A stretch of 64,000 bases of DNA, taken from positions 7,539 through 71,538 of the forward strand of contig JAUCBJ010001113.1 of assembly GCA_032718475.1 (NCBI GenBank). Direction: 5' to 3'. Positions 12,251 through 24,104 of the stretch are shown here, piece by piece. Positions within the stretch are counted from its first letter, which is position 1. The number at the start of each line of letters is the position of its first letter. This DNA comes from Nemertoderma westbladi. Lineage: Eukaryota; Animalia; Xenacoelomorpha. The position numbers and the translations under genes were made by a program. The notes under the pieces were generated by a model. It saw only the letters and a program-made list of their open reading frames with translations, made no database searches and had not been told where the DNA came from.

Positions 12251-13433
12251 TGTAAAGGCTTTTGCGGAATTAGCTAGTCATTTTCCCCACAAAGTACTCT
12301 GTAGGTGTTTTAGCGGAAATAAAAAGCCGTTTCCTTACTGTACCGGTGTTTTAGTGGACATAAAAAGCCATTTCTTCTGTATGTGTACTTTAGCGGACAT
12401 AACTGGCGATTTTGTGTCGCAGTGCGCCAGGGTGCTCTTGAATCAGTGTGGTTCCAATGACGGCATCTGTCGGCTGATGTGTCCACGTGTAACTTTTTCT
12501 TTGTTCTTTGTTCGGTTGGCCAATCAGAGCGATTTTCATTTTATTTGTACAGAAACCTCCGGGAAATCGCGCAATGTATTCTGGTCTTTGTTTACCTTTT
12601 TTCCTAAGCCTAGAACATCGGCTGTGGAATTATTCTGTGTTTCAGACTTTAGCCAAACATTAGAATGGCTTTGATTATAGAAACGTATAACTGTTATCAA
12701 CTCCACTCAGTCTGCCATACCTGGCATACCAGACTCGCCGTACCTTTCACCGCATTATTTTACTGCTATTTACTGTTGGTTATTAATTGTATCAGTTGAT
12801 GGAATATAATATTTGGAGAATATCGATAAATAATCAGAAACCCCAATCTTCTTGATATACTGAAGGTTAGAGAGACCGGTTACATATAGCAATTGCGACT
12901 TACATTAAAGTGGTTTTGGAGTGAATTTAATGCTATTTCATAGGCCCTACAGGTGTCAGTTGCTGTTCTCTTTATATGTGACTAAAATTAGTGAAGGTCG
13001 GCAGATCGGTGTGCAGCATTGTGCAGTAGTGTGCATGACTGTGACAGATAACAAAGCATCTCCTAAAGAATGCACTTTATACGTGAATCAATAGCCATCC
13101 TGTTGTGTTTAGTGTAAGTCATAACTCTGTTTACATACTTAGAGCGCCACGTCCTAAAGGAACTGTTAATATTTCCCGAAAGTGAATAATATTTGTCAGA
13201 GATTATATATTAACGATCAATCGAATAATACAGTAGGCCTACACCGCAATAAGGTCAGAGCTTCCGAATCCAGTCTCCCGGGTAAATCCAGCGGGTGAAT
13301 GGTCGCGCATAGGCTGGCTTCGGCTAATGTAGTTTAAGTGTATCAAATACTTGTCATAGGCTAAAGTCGATTTATAACCTAGAGACACCTAAATTTGGCA
13401 GGTTAAACTGCTAAAGGTCTAAAAGCGCGAACA
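12251..13433 (+). repeat. 5' LTR of BEL/Pao family A (1183 bp)
   Basis: TGTAAAGGC...GCGCGAACA; about 98% identical by eye to 27439-28626. Confidence 0.95.
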
Positions 13434-13445
13434 ATAACAGTTATA
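13434..13445 (+). promoter_or_regulatory. Non-tRNA primer-binding site ATAACAGTTATA, complementary to LTR 12686-12697 (candidate self-priming site)
   Basis: Immediately follows the LTR-terminal CA, lacks TGG, and is the exact reverse complement of TATAACTGTTAT in the LTR; covaries in the sibling (827-838 vs 1574-1585). Confidence 0.7.
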
Positions 13446-15628
13446 GCTTCTGTATTGCAACGTAGGCAATAAAGCTGAAGTACCGGTCGACTGATAACCA
13501 GTAGGCCTGACTGCCTAACCACCCGAACCGGTACTTACAGCAGTATAGGTACATCAGTATTATTCGATTTTGATAATTATATACCGGTAGGTCTTGATAT
13601 TTAATCAGGGAGGGCCCGCCCTGGTTTTTTATTGGGATTTTACTTATTTCTGTCAGTTTTATTTATATGTAAGTTAATATTGAGCAGAAGGCGTGTAAGC
13701 CTGCTCAGATTGTACAGATAATTTGTAGGCTGGACTGTTGTCTGACTGTTGTTAAGTCTGAAGAGATTGCAGTGTGTGTAGAGTGTATGTCCGATAAAGT
13801 ACTAGTTAGGAACGTGGGGGCTTCCAGTGCTGTAAGGTAAATCCCCCCCCCCCCCCCGAAAGAATAAGTCGTACTACTCGGTTAGAACGCATACTAACTA
13901 ACCATTTCGGAGTCTGCATGTGCTGTGGTTTATTTAGGCTTGATAGTACTCTGCCAGCGTTTGGTCTGTATTTTTGTTTATATGTGTTTGTGTGTATTTT
14001 TATTATTCAGAGTTTATGCGATTATTCGCAACATTCAAAACCCCAAGTTTATTCCTACAGTAATTGTGCTTGTTATACATACCGTTATAGTTAAATTAAC
14101 CCCGGTACTACATCAGGGCTGTTTGGCGTATGTAAAGACTGGTGATTTTATGCTCTAGTCATTCCAGCAGATACCGTGGTTCTTTTAGCTGTACAAGTAT
14201 TTTTAACTGCTGGTTATTTGTTGTATAAGTACTTGTACCTAATTTAGGGTTTAGTGTACAGTGCTTTCCGAAGGTAATTAGTGTGTAGGCAGTCTATTTG
14301 TGTTGTAAAGTGGTTAATAGGCACGTTGGCTCTGGTAGGCCGCGGTAATTAACTTCTAGGTAGGAACACTCCGTGTACATAACGTAGTACTTATAGCGCT
14401 ACGGCTATAAGTCGTCAGACGGTGGTATTTTTCCTATCTGGACAACGCAATATATTTACTACTGCTTTATTACTTTCAAATACCATAGTATCCTGTCCGT
14501 TGTAATAACCAGAAATTCTAACCCCTTGTTAGGCTGGTTTGTAGACTTCTTGTAAAATTAACCCTAAAAATTCGTACGTGTAATTTTTGTGTTTATTTAG
14601 AGATTGTAATCTCAACCCGTAATTGTACATAATTTGTAGTAATAAGTAACTTAGGCAAGTAGAATTATTTGTTTTAGTGTCCAAAACAATAAGTAGCACT
14701 TCACTGAGAGCGTACAGCTTCTGTGTAGTGACTCCTTCCCAGAAATAATAACATTTATTTCAAACATTGACAAAAACCCATTATACGGGTATATATATAT
14801 TATAAATCAACTCAAACCGATTTATAAAATAGTAGGCCTGTCATACAACAATTAGGTCTTAATATCAGTTGGACTACTGCTTAAATAATGGTAATAAAGT
14901 CAAGTAAAGTAACTAAGTAACCTTAAAAATTCAGAAATTCAATTATTCTAAAATAATTGACATACCGGTATTTACAATAGGCTTATTATATTTATTTCTA
15001 TAAATTTGAGCTGAAATTATATACCGGTATTCTGTAATTAATTCTAGTCTATAATTATACTTATATATACAATAAGTGTAAGCTGTATACCGGTATTCAC
15101 GATAGGCTTATTATATATTTATATATTTGCGCTGAAATTATATACCGGTATTCTGTGACAAACCTAGTCTGTAATAATACTTATATATATACTATAAGTG
15201 TATACCGGTATTCTAATATATTGTGTAAACATATCACGTTACACTGAGTAACTATATCGGTAATTAATTACTAGGCTAACAGTTGATACTGAATTACTAG
15301 ACTTGCTTTAACTGTAATATAGATATATAATATAAATATATATATATATATATACAACCATCTGTGATCCAGATAGGAGTGCTGAACGTTTGAGACCGAA
15401 GTTCAACTCACCTCCAACTGTAAGAAAGGTCATCCCTCCAGTAGTAGTATCAGACCCTAGGCTAGTCCAACACCGTAGGTCTATCATAGGCACTCGGGCT
15501 CAAGTCAAGCGGGATCAAGAAGCAGCTGTCAAACAGCAGCAACACCCTAGCCGAGAACTTATTTCTCAGCGGCCCGATAGCTCCAGTAGTTCAGATACTG
15601 TAGAGCTGACACCCGAGCGCGGAGCCAA

Positions 15629-18600
15629 GATGGCAGATGCGGTTTATTCGGATCCCCTTCTCATTCTTCCTGCAGCCGTGCTCACTAGGTTATTGATTGC
15701 GGTGGAAGAACACCAAATCGATTGGGCGAGAAGTAAGCGATCGACCAAGGATAGTTATGCGGGATCCACAAGGGAGGAACTGAAGTCTATTGTCGAGTTG
15801 CAATGGAACTTCCCCGGACCCGGACTCCCGTTTGACTTATCAGAAGCTGCCTGGGAAGACATACACAGGATGGGAGTGACAAAAGACAGAAGTGATCCAG
15901 CTGTGTGGAAGAGGTCGGCAGCAGGATATGTGCAGGGATTCTTCAGCTCTTTGGAGCGATTAGAGGAACAACTGTTTCAACAAACCCAAGGACCTCAAGA
16001 GCAGGGAGAGCTGCTTTATCAAGTTCGAGAAAGAATTCTAAGAATCAGACTAATCCTATCGGCCTTTGAGGAAGCTTCAAAAAGAAGACAAGACACGTCG
16101 TTGCAAGTTGCCGTAATGACTTGGTTCCAGCGGTGAGTCTCAAGGTTCAAGGAACGGCCCAGTGGAAATTTCAGCTGGCTGAGCGCTCCACCCATGGAGA
16201 ATCAACAGACGCTACCTTTTCTCAAGTGGAAAGCGAAGCGACACCAGAGAAACCGCAGAAGAGGGACGCTATTGACATCTATCTGTCAGACTATCAACGA
16301 TTTCTAGGTGATGAAGAGTTGAGGAGACGGCTGACTGGACTTCGCCCTAATAGTGAAGGAGCCAAGTTTGTTCTGGACGCAATAGATGTGGAAATGCTAG
16401 CTGCGAACCAAGCTAAATTTGATGAAAGCATCTGCATCGCTAAGGTTCAAGAAGAACAAGTAAAGAAAAAACGTATAGAAGACAGAAAGACAGCAGCAGC
16501 GGCAGTGGCAGCGGCAGAAGCGGAAAGAAAAGCGGCAGAAGTGGAAAGAAAAGCGGCAGAGGCAGCGGCAGAGGCAAAAGCGGCAGCTGCAGGAGTAGAA
16601 GCGGAAAGAAAAGCAGCAGCGGCAGAGGCAAAAGCAGCAGCGGCAGAGGCAAAAGCGGCAGCTGCAGCAGTAGAAGCGGAAAGAAAAGCGGCAGCGGCAG
16701 AAGCGGAAAGAAAAGCGGCCGAAGCGGAAAGAAAGATAGCAGTGGCAGAAGCAGAACGGAGGGCATCTGAAGAGACAGCCCAACTAGAGTTGGAAAATCT
16801 TCAAGAGAGGCAAGACAACTTCAATAAACAGATAACATCTAGTCAGATGCAGCTGATAAGTCGATCCACCCCCAAGCGACAGGGCTTTACATCATCGGAT
16901 GAAGGCGATACAACAGATCCTGAAGGCGGAGGAAATAGATCTCGTCTCAGCAGGCGTAGAAGAATGCCCCACCGTCAGAAATTGCCTGATTTGCCCCCAG
17001 CTGTGAGAAGGCAACTAGCTAGCACAGACTTAGGTAGTACAGAACCCACAGACCAACTTATTAGAGTAGAAAGACTCCCTACTATAGTAGATGAACCTGA
17101 AATAATTAGGCCTGTTCTCGAAGCCACCCCTTTGGTGATAGAGACACCTGTACTCCCAGAACCTACCTCTAAATTCCCTTTGCACAGCACTAAACTACCT
17201 GTGCCCAACAGAACCGCCCCTGAGACAGTTCCTGTCCTGGACTCCGAGCGAAATATCGATGATTTGTTGCCCGTTGTCCCTCGTCTACCCGCTACTATGT
17301 TGGCGGCTCCCGCTTCGGCGGTCGAATGGGTGGATGAGGGGCGGCGGGGGATGAATCTCCTGCTCGGACAGATGCTGGAGACTGTTCACCAATTCAAGGG
17401 AACAGTAAAGGAAAGTAGGTTAGAGTTGCAAGAAGTGCAGCAGAATATCGCGTTAGAACGCGATAAATTAGTAAATATACAAAAGGGTATACCACCACCC
17501 CCTGTAACAATGTGTCAACCTGTTAGGTCTGAAGTATTTCATGCGCAAGGTGTGGAGCCTACACGCATCTATACTGCTAGTGAAGTAGAAACTCCTATAG
17601 TAAACCCTATTAAGGGTAATTATAAACCTGTTGACAATGATATTCCATATAGACCTGATCATAATCCGAGAAATTTATATACCGATAACTCGATATTAAA
17701 TAACACGATGGCCCAAGAAAGTTTTACGCGTCAAATGGCTAGAACCGAAGCCCGTCAAGCGGTAAAGGTGGGAGAGATCGTCAAGTTCAATGGAGATGAG
17801 ATGAAATGGTTACCTTTTAATGAATATTACAAAGATAACATACAGAACTCTGTGCTATCTAATGGAGAGAAACTGAGATTCCTCATCGAGTGCTTGGAAG
17901 GATCTCCCAAGTTAATGGCGTTAAAGTTTATTGGACATCCAGATGGATTAAGACAAGTTTGGGATACACTAAACATCAGGTATGGTAATAGGAATAACAT
18001 AGCTAGGTATTTGTATGCAAAATTGGTAGCGCCCCGAAAGTTCATTAGCAGCGGGATTATAGAGTTTTCCGATGAGATTCAGGAGATCTGTAGACAATTA
18101 GATTGGCTAGGTAAGTCTCATGAATATCAGAGTTCTATGGTTATTGGAGCCGTGGCCTCTACTTTACCAAAGGGTGGAGTAGGTACATGCTGGGACAAGA
18201 AAGTCTTATATATGATGGAACAACAACGAAGACCATGGCTGATCTCATGTCATTCTTGGATGGAGAGGTAAAGTTACAGCTCCTAAAGCAGTCCAGAGAG
18301 AAGGCACCGGAAAATAAGGTAAGTGAAAAACCCGTTTCTAGGAGAAAGGTAACACCAGTGTGTTATACAGACGATGGCGAAAGCCAGGCTTCTCAAGAAG
18401 AGGATAGCGGGAAAGACACTGAAAGATCTTACTATGTCAACAAAGCGTCTAAAGACGTAAGTAAATTTAAGTCTCGAACCAATGACAGGAGAGAACAAGT
18501 AACAAAAACTCCTCCTACATCTCCTAATAGAGTTCACGGAAGAAAGCCCGAGGAAAGAACGAGAGTGCACAACGTTACCCAAGGTAAGGTGAGTAACATC

Positions 18601-20787
18601 AAACCAAAATGTGCGCTGTGCGACGGGCCCCACCGTTTAAGTGTGTGTGATAAATTTTTAAAGAAATCACTACAAGATAGACGTGAAGTCATGTGGGATA
18701 AGCGGTTGTGTTATAATTGCCTCAGACAAGGACACAAACGGCGAACCTGTTACTCCGATGCAAGGTGTGCAAAGTGTGGCGCGAAACATCATATCTTGTT
18801 GCACACTGAATTCGAAAGAAACAGCCCGAGTCAGGTAAGTGAGCCCGAACTACATGTCCAATTCAGTGATGTGAACGACACGGACCAAAGTTCTGAGATG
18901 GAAGGATTCTATATGGATGAATTCTCCGACGAAAACGAATCCTGTTACCTAATAAATACCGCAGTGTATCGAGCACTTATGTATGAGAAAGAAACCGATA
19001 GTGAGCTCCCCCCAACTGCTCCTGACCAACAACCATTTTGGAAAGCACCAACTTCCAATGTAGGAATCCGAGAATTTCCCGTAGTGCCGTTGAGAGTCCA
19101 CGGGCCTAAAAAGAGTTATATAGTGAACGCCCTCCTTGACTCCGGCAGCACAGCAACATTCATCAACAAAGAACAAGCCGAAGACATCTTTGCTGGACAA
19201 CCCAAGTTCCGAACTAAGTTAAACATGTCAGGAATTATGCAGGTTTGGAAATCTACAGTAATTGCAGATTGCTATGTAGGTGCGTTGTCCACCCCCCAGG
19301 ATAAACTAGGAGAACACAGTATAAGGTCAGTAAAAATGGTGGCGATAAAGAACTTCGCTACCAGCCAAGTGGAACCTTATAACTGGGATGAGGACAATTT
19401 CACCCAGCAGCTTAAGATACCTAGATTCAACACAGACTACTCTGGAGTGCAAATACTCATCGGCCAAAATGCGCATGAGGCGCTTGAGACATTGGAGAAA
19501 CGTCCTGCTCAACCGCAACCACTACAAACCTATGCGGGAAGAACTAGAGTAGGTTGGTACTTTACTGGCCCTTCCCGTAGAACTCTCATGGAAAGGTTAC
19601 CCAAAGAACGGGTCTACCAGGTAAGTGAATGGGAAACGGAGAGCAGTGAGGTAGACGACCCAACTGAGGGAACACCATACTCCTCAGATAATGACGATAT
19701 CCACCAACTCTTCGACGAGGAGAATACCATCGACCTCCTTACGGAAAACGAAACTTGGCAAAACCAAGTGAACCTATGTCAACTCATTTGTCCATCAGGA
19801 CCAGTCGACTATAACGACGAACTGAATGATGTGATAGATCGCTACAACGCGAAGACTCGGGATGAACACGCCGTACGATTCTTTACTCAAGAGGCTGTAG
19901 AGCCCAATTCCTACGATAAGGCCCTATCGGTAGAAGAAGAAAGAGCCAAGCAGATACAGGAAACAACTACACGTTTTCTTAAAGATCGAGGTAGATATGA
20001 AATTGGTCTGCCATTTCGAAAGCGAGAACCTATATTTATAAACAACCGACCCTTGGCGGAGAAAAGAATTGCGCAACTACATCGACGCCTTACGGCAAAT
20101 GCTTCAGCTAAGGAAATGTACAAAACTCAGTTGAAGAAATTTATTGACAAGGGATATGCGGAGCGAGTACCGGAAGAAACACCCATAACTGAGAGAACGT
20201 ACTATCTAACACATCATTACGTTCCCAAACCCGGTAAACCCAACGAAGTCCGGGTAGTATTTGACGACTCCGCCCTCTACATGGGCCAATCCCTCAATTC
20301 CGAGTTGTTGCCAGGACCCAACTTCCTCCAATCCTTGTTGGGAATGCTCTTAAGATTACGACAATATTCAATCACCTTTGCCTCAGATATAGAAGGCATG
20401 TTCTTACAAGTTAAGGCGCTGGATAGGGATCGAGACAGCCTACGATTTCTGTGGTGGCCTGAGGGAGACCTCAACCAGAAACCGGTGGAGTACTGGATGA
20501 CCATCCAGGCTTTTGGGATCATCTCGAGCCCTTCAAACGCCTGCTCAGTAGTGCGCACCACTGCTGATGACAACCGGGACGCCTTCTCTAAAGAGGTGAT
20601 CGACAACATCAAACGGGATATATACATGGACGACAATTTAAAGTCCCTCCCATCAGTGGAAGAAGCCATTGATGTCGCCAAAGGAACGGTAGAGTGCTTG
20701 AAAAGAAGAGAGTTTCTGGAATCGATCCCGGTAGAAGACCGAGGAGTTAAAGATCTAGACCTAATCAAAGACGATCGTTCGGACTAA
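15629..20787 (+). pseudogene. gag-pol: BEL/Pao gag-protease-RT (frameshifts near 16130 and ~18220; small deletions in RT)
   Basis: KFNGDEMKWLPF...KLRFLIECLEG (DUF1759-like); Cys/His clusters CALCDGPH, CYNCLRQGH, CAKCGAKHHILLH; protease ALLDSGST; RT SDIEGMFLQV, LRFLW, YMDD. Confidence 0.9.
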
Positions 20788-20801
20788 ACGGATTTGTTTA
20801 A

Positions 20802-21512
20802 GGGGGGGGTACACCATTTTGGTCCAAAATATGTCGAATTTTTTTTTATGGTAGATTATAATGCACCATTGAATGGTGTTTCGAAATCTGAAAACCGCTA
20901 TTTAATAGTTCTTTTACTTTTCAAGTTATGTAAATTTCCATTTAGGGAATCCTATTGAAATTACTATTACTATGTATAATGAAAGGTCGATTATCTCCAA
21001 ATATTTTTTTCATGAAATTGTCGACTTCAAAACCCTACTACTTCTACAATTTTTGAGTAATTAGTCTGAAACTTTCTGTGGGTGTCTAGATAGCCACCCT
21101 GCATAAAAGTATCAGGCAACTTTTCGAAATTTTTTGTTAATAAAATTTAATACTATTTATAAAAAACCTAAAAATTAGCATAAATTTGCAGCGCCACCTA
21201 GCGGTGCAGAATTATTTTAAAAAAATTTCGCCTGATAGTTATGTTGCCCCATCTTTGATCTATCATATAAACAAACTTTCATGTGATTAGGTTCAAAACT
21301 GTAAAAGCCTTAGGGTTTTAAGCGCAACCAAGTTTTTTTTATTGTTAACTAGTATTAACTAATATTAAATAGCGGAAAAAAAAACTTTTCTGACCTGGCA
21401 TGTAGAATAGCATCTTAGGCACCTATATGCCAAATTTTAGCCAAAACCAAACAATTTTGAAACGCTGACAGTGATAAATCGAAGAGTTGTCCGAAAATGG
21501 TGTACCCCCCCC
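20802..21512. mobile_element. Kolobok-type non-autonomous DNA transposon (MITE) inserted in BEL pol
   Basis: TIR GGGGGGGGTACACCATTTT / AAAATGGTGTACCCCCCCC; TTAA TSD at 20798-20801 and 21513-21516; removal restores TKRICLSILSTYFDPLG. Confidence 0.9.
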
Positions 21513-21516
21513 TTAA

Positions 21517-24104
21517 GTATCCTGAGCACTTATTTCGATCCATTGGGATTTATTAGCCCAGTTATATTGATTGCTCGGAGTTTAGTACAACAACTGTGGC
21601 TTGAAAACCACTCATGGGACGATCAACTTAAGGGAGAACTATTAAAGAAGTGGATGAAATAGGAAGATTCTCTACCGTCCATCGAGAACTTTATAATCTC
21701 CCGTTCATATTTTGGTCATGTTCTCCCTACTTATTCCTATCAACTCCATGTGTTTGGAGACGCCAGCGATATGGGAATAGGTATAGTAGCCTACCTGAGA
21801 GTTGAAACTCCGGATGGAATCAAGGTCGCCTTGGTTACCTCTAAGGCCTTGATAAACAACAAGTTGAAAGTTCCTCGAGCGGAGTTAAAAGCGGCTCTAT
21901 ACGCTACAGCCATCGGCCGGAATGTAACAGAACAGATCGACTATCCACTGGAGAAAACTGTCTATTGGACCGATGCGTTGCTCGTGTTGGAGTATATAAC
22001 CAATGAAGTCTGTCAGTTCAGCGTCTTTGTTACCAACAGAGTAGCCATTATACTTAGTCGCACGAAGATAGATCAATTGAGACATTGCCCCGGAACGATT
22101 AATCCACCCGACATCGCCTCCAGGGGAGCAACTCCACAAGAACTGATAGATACTCCAGACTGGTTAGGTGGACCCGACTTCCTAAGCAAAGCAGAGGATG
22201 AATGGCCTCCTCATCTTACTACGGCGGAGATTAGACAGGCCAAGGGAGCGGAGAAAGTCAAACCTAAAACTCGGGCGAGTAAATCGAAGTTATTTAAACC
22301 CGTGGTAGATCTGTCTGTACTACACACTTCCGGAGAAGACGCTTTGGATCCGAAACCCACAGCCACAAATAAGTCTGTTGTGGAAATCAGAGAGAGGGAT
22401 TGGAAATCTGGAATACCAGACGTCTCGCAAGGACTCTCACCTCTCCTGCAGAGAGCGATACATCATTATAGTTCCTGGAATCGGCTCTGTAAGGCCGTTA
22501 CATATTTAAAGCGATGTTTTCATCATCACTACTCCAGGACGAAGACCACTAGTGATACCGCTCCACTGACATCTGCGCAGGTCCATGTTGTTAAAGATCT
22601 TCCCAAATACAATATATCCGACAGGTTTCTGAAGGAGAAGATCAGTTACCAGGAGCATGAAGAAACCAATAAGCAGATACTGAGACTCCTGCAATGCTAT
22701 GAGGATTCCGATAAGTATTTCCTGTTGTTGAGAAATCCACAGATGCGCTTAAGGGATCGTTTCTCTAGCACAATGATAGATGGGTTAATACGTGTTGGAG
22801 GAAGACTAACTAATGCTCCATTATCCTTTGACACTAAGTTTCCCATACTCATTAGAAATCTTGAAATACAAATCAAGATGATTGTAGATATTCACAGTAA
22901 GCTTTATCATGCTGGTAGAGAACGAGTTCTTAGCGAAATTCGAACTCGCTATTATTTTTATAAACCCCATAGAGCTCTGAACCAAGTTCTTAGGAACTGC
23001 ATACCCTGTAGGAAAGCATTCAGTAGGCCTTTAACACAGCGAGAGGCAGAATTACCTAGGGAACGAGTAAGCTTCTATGAACCACCCTTTACTAATACCG
23101 GTGTGGATTTATTTGGCCCTATTGAAGTATATCGTGCTAGGACTATAGTCAAGAGATGGTGTGTCATCTTTGTCTGTATGACTTGTAGAGCTATCCATCT
23201 CGATATGGTGAACGATTTATCTACCAATAGCTTCATATTGAGCTTACGCCGACAGATCTCTCGCTTTGGAACTAGTAACACGATGAGATCTGATAAGGGA
23301 ACGAACTTCATTGGTGCCAACAATGAAATCAAGGCTTACATCAAAGATTGGAACCAAAGACAGGTGGACGATCAGCTAAGGGTAACAGCGTCTAGCTGGA
23401 CCTTCAACGCCGCCGACGCCCCTTGGTGGGGAGGAAGTTGGGAGAGATTAATCAGGAGCGTGAAGACAGCATTTCACTTTATAGAGCCGTGCCGCACGTA
23501 TCTCACCGACGAACTTTTGCGGACGTTAATGGAGGAAATCGCCGCCTATCTCAACGAGAGACCGCTTATGCCAGTCTCATCGAGTCCCAATTCCCTGGAA
23601 GCGCTAACACCCGCGCACTTCCTACTGAAGAAACATGTAGCCATGCTCCCACGATCGGAAATCACGGACGGAGACGAATACTGCCGGCAAACTTGGCAAC
23701 TTATGCAGTTGTTATCCCGTCGTTTCGCTGACCATTTCGAAAAACATTATCTGCCTACGCTACAACTTCGAACTAAGTGGTTTGCGCAGCAAGAAAACGT
23801 CAGCGCTGGAGACATGGTCCTTATTGTAGATTCAGATCTTCCACGTAAGCGGTGGCAGACAGGTCGTATCATCGAGACTCATATCTTGGATGATGGTTTG
23901 GTGCGATCGGTAGAACTCGTCGTCATGCGATGTAACTTTAAGAAACCGGGAATTGTCTTCGAGACACAGCAGCTCAATCGCCCAGTTGGTCGTTTATGTT
24001 TACTGGAAAGAGACAGAGAACTCTCCGGAAACTATGGAAGGCAAGATACTCTTCCCACGACCACCTCCCTAATCCAACAAACATCTAGGGACTCCCCAAC
24101 GTGA
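21517..24104 (+). pseudogene. pol: BEL/Pao pol: RNase H (Peptidase_A17-type region) and integrase; one stop near 21660
   Basis: FDPLG; FGDASD; PRAELKAA; YWTD; NPPDIASRG; H-x4-H...C-x2-C zinc domain; TGVDLFGP; SDKGTNF; PWWGGSWERLIRSVK; LTPAHFL. Confidence 0.92.

Noticed and set aside
12354-12674. 106-aa ORF repeated at 27542-27862
   Set aside because: Lies in the LTR, has a GTG start and no motif; duplicated only because the LTRs are.
16397-16783. Cys/Arg/Phe- and Leu/Pro-rich minus-strand ORFs (also 62192-62557, 48880-49617)
   Set aside because: Antisense shadows of the Gag repeat arrays.
18187-18271. Programmed gag/pol frameshift
   Set aside because: Falls inside gag before the zinc knuckles, has no clear slippery site, and the copy has other decay lesions; probably a mutation.
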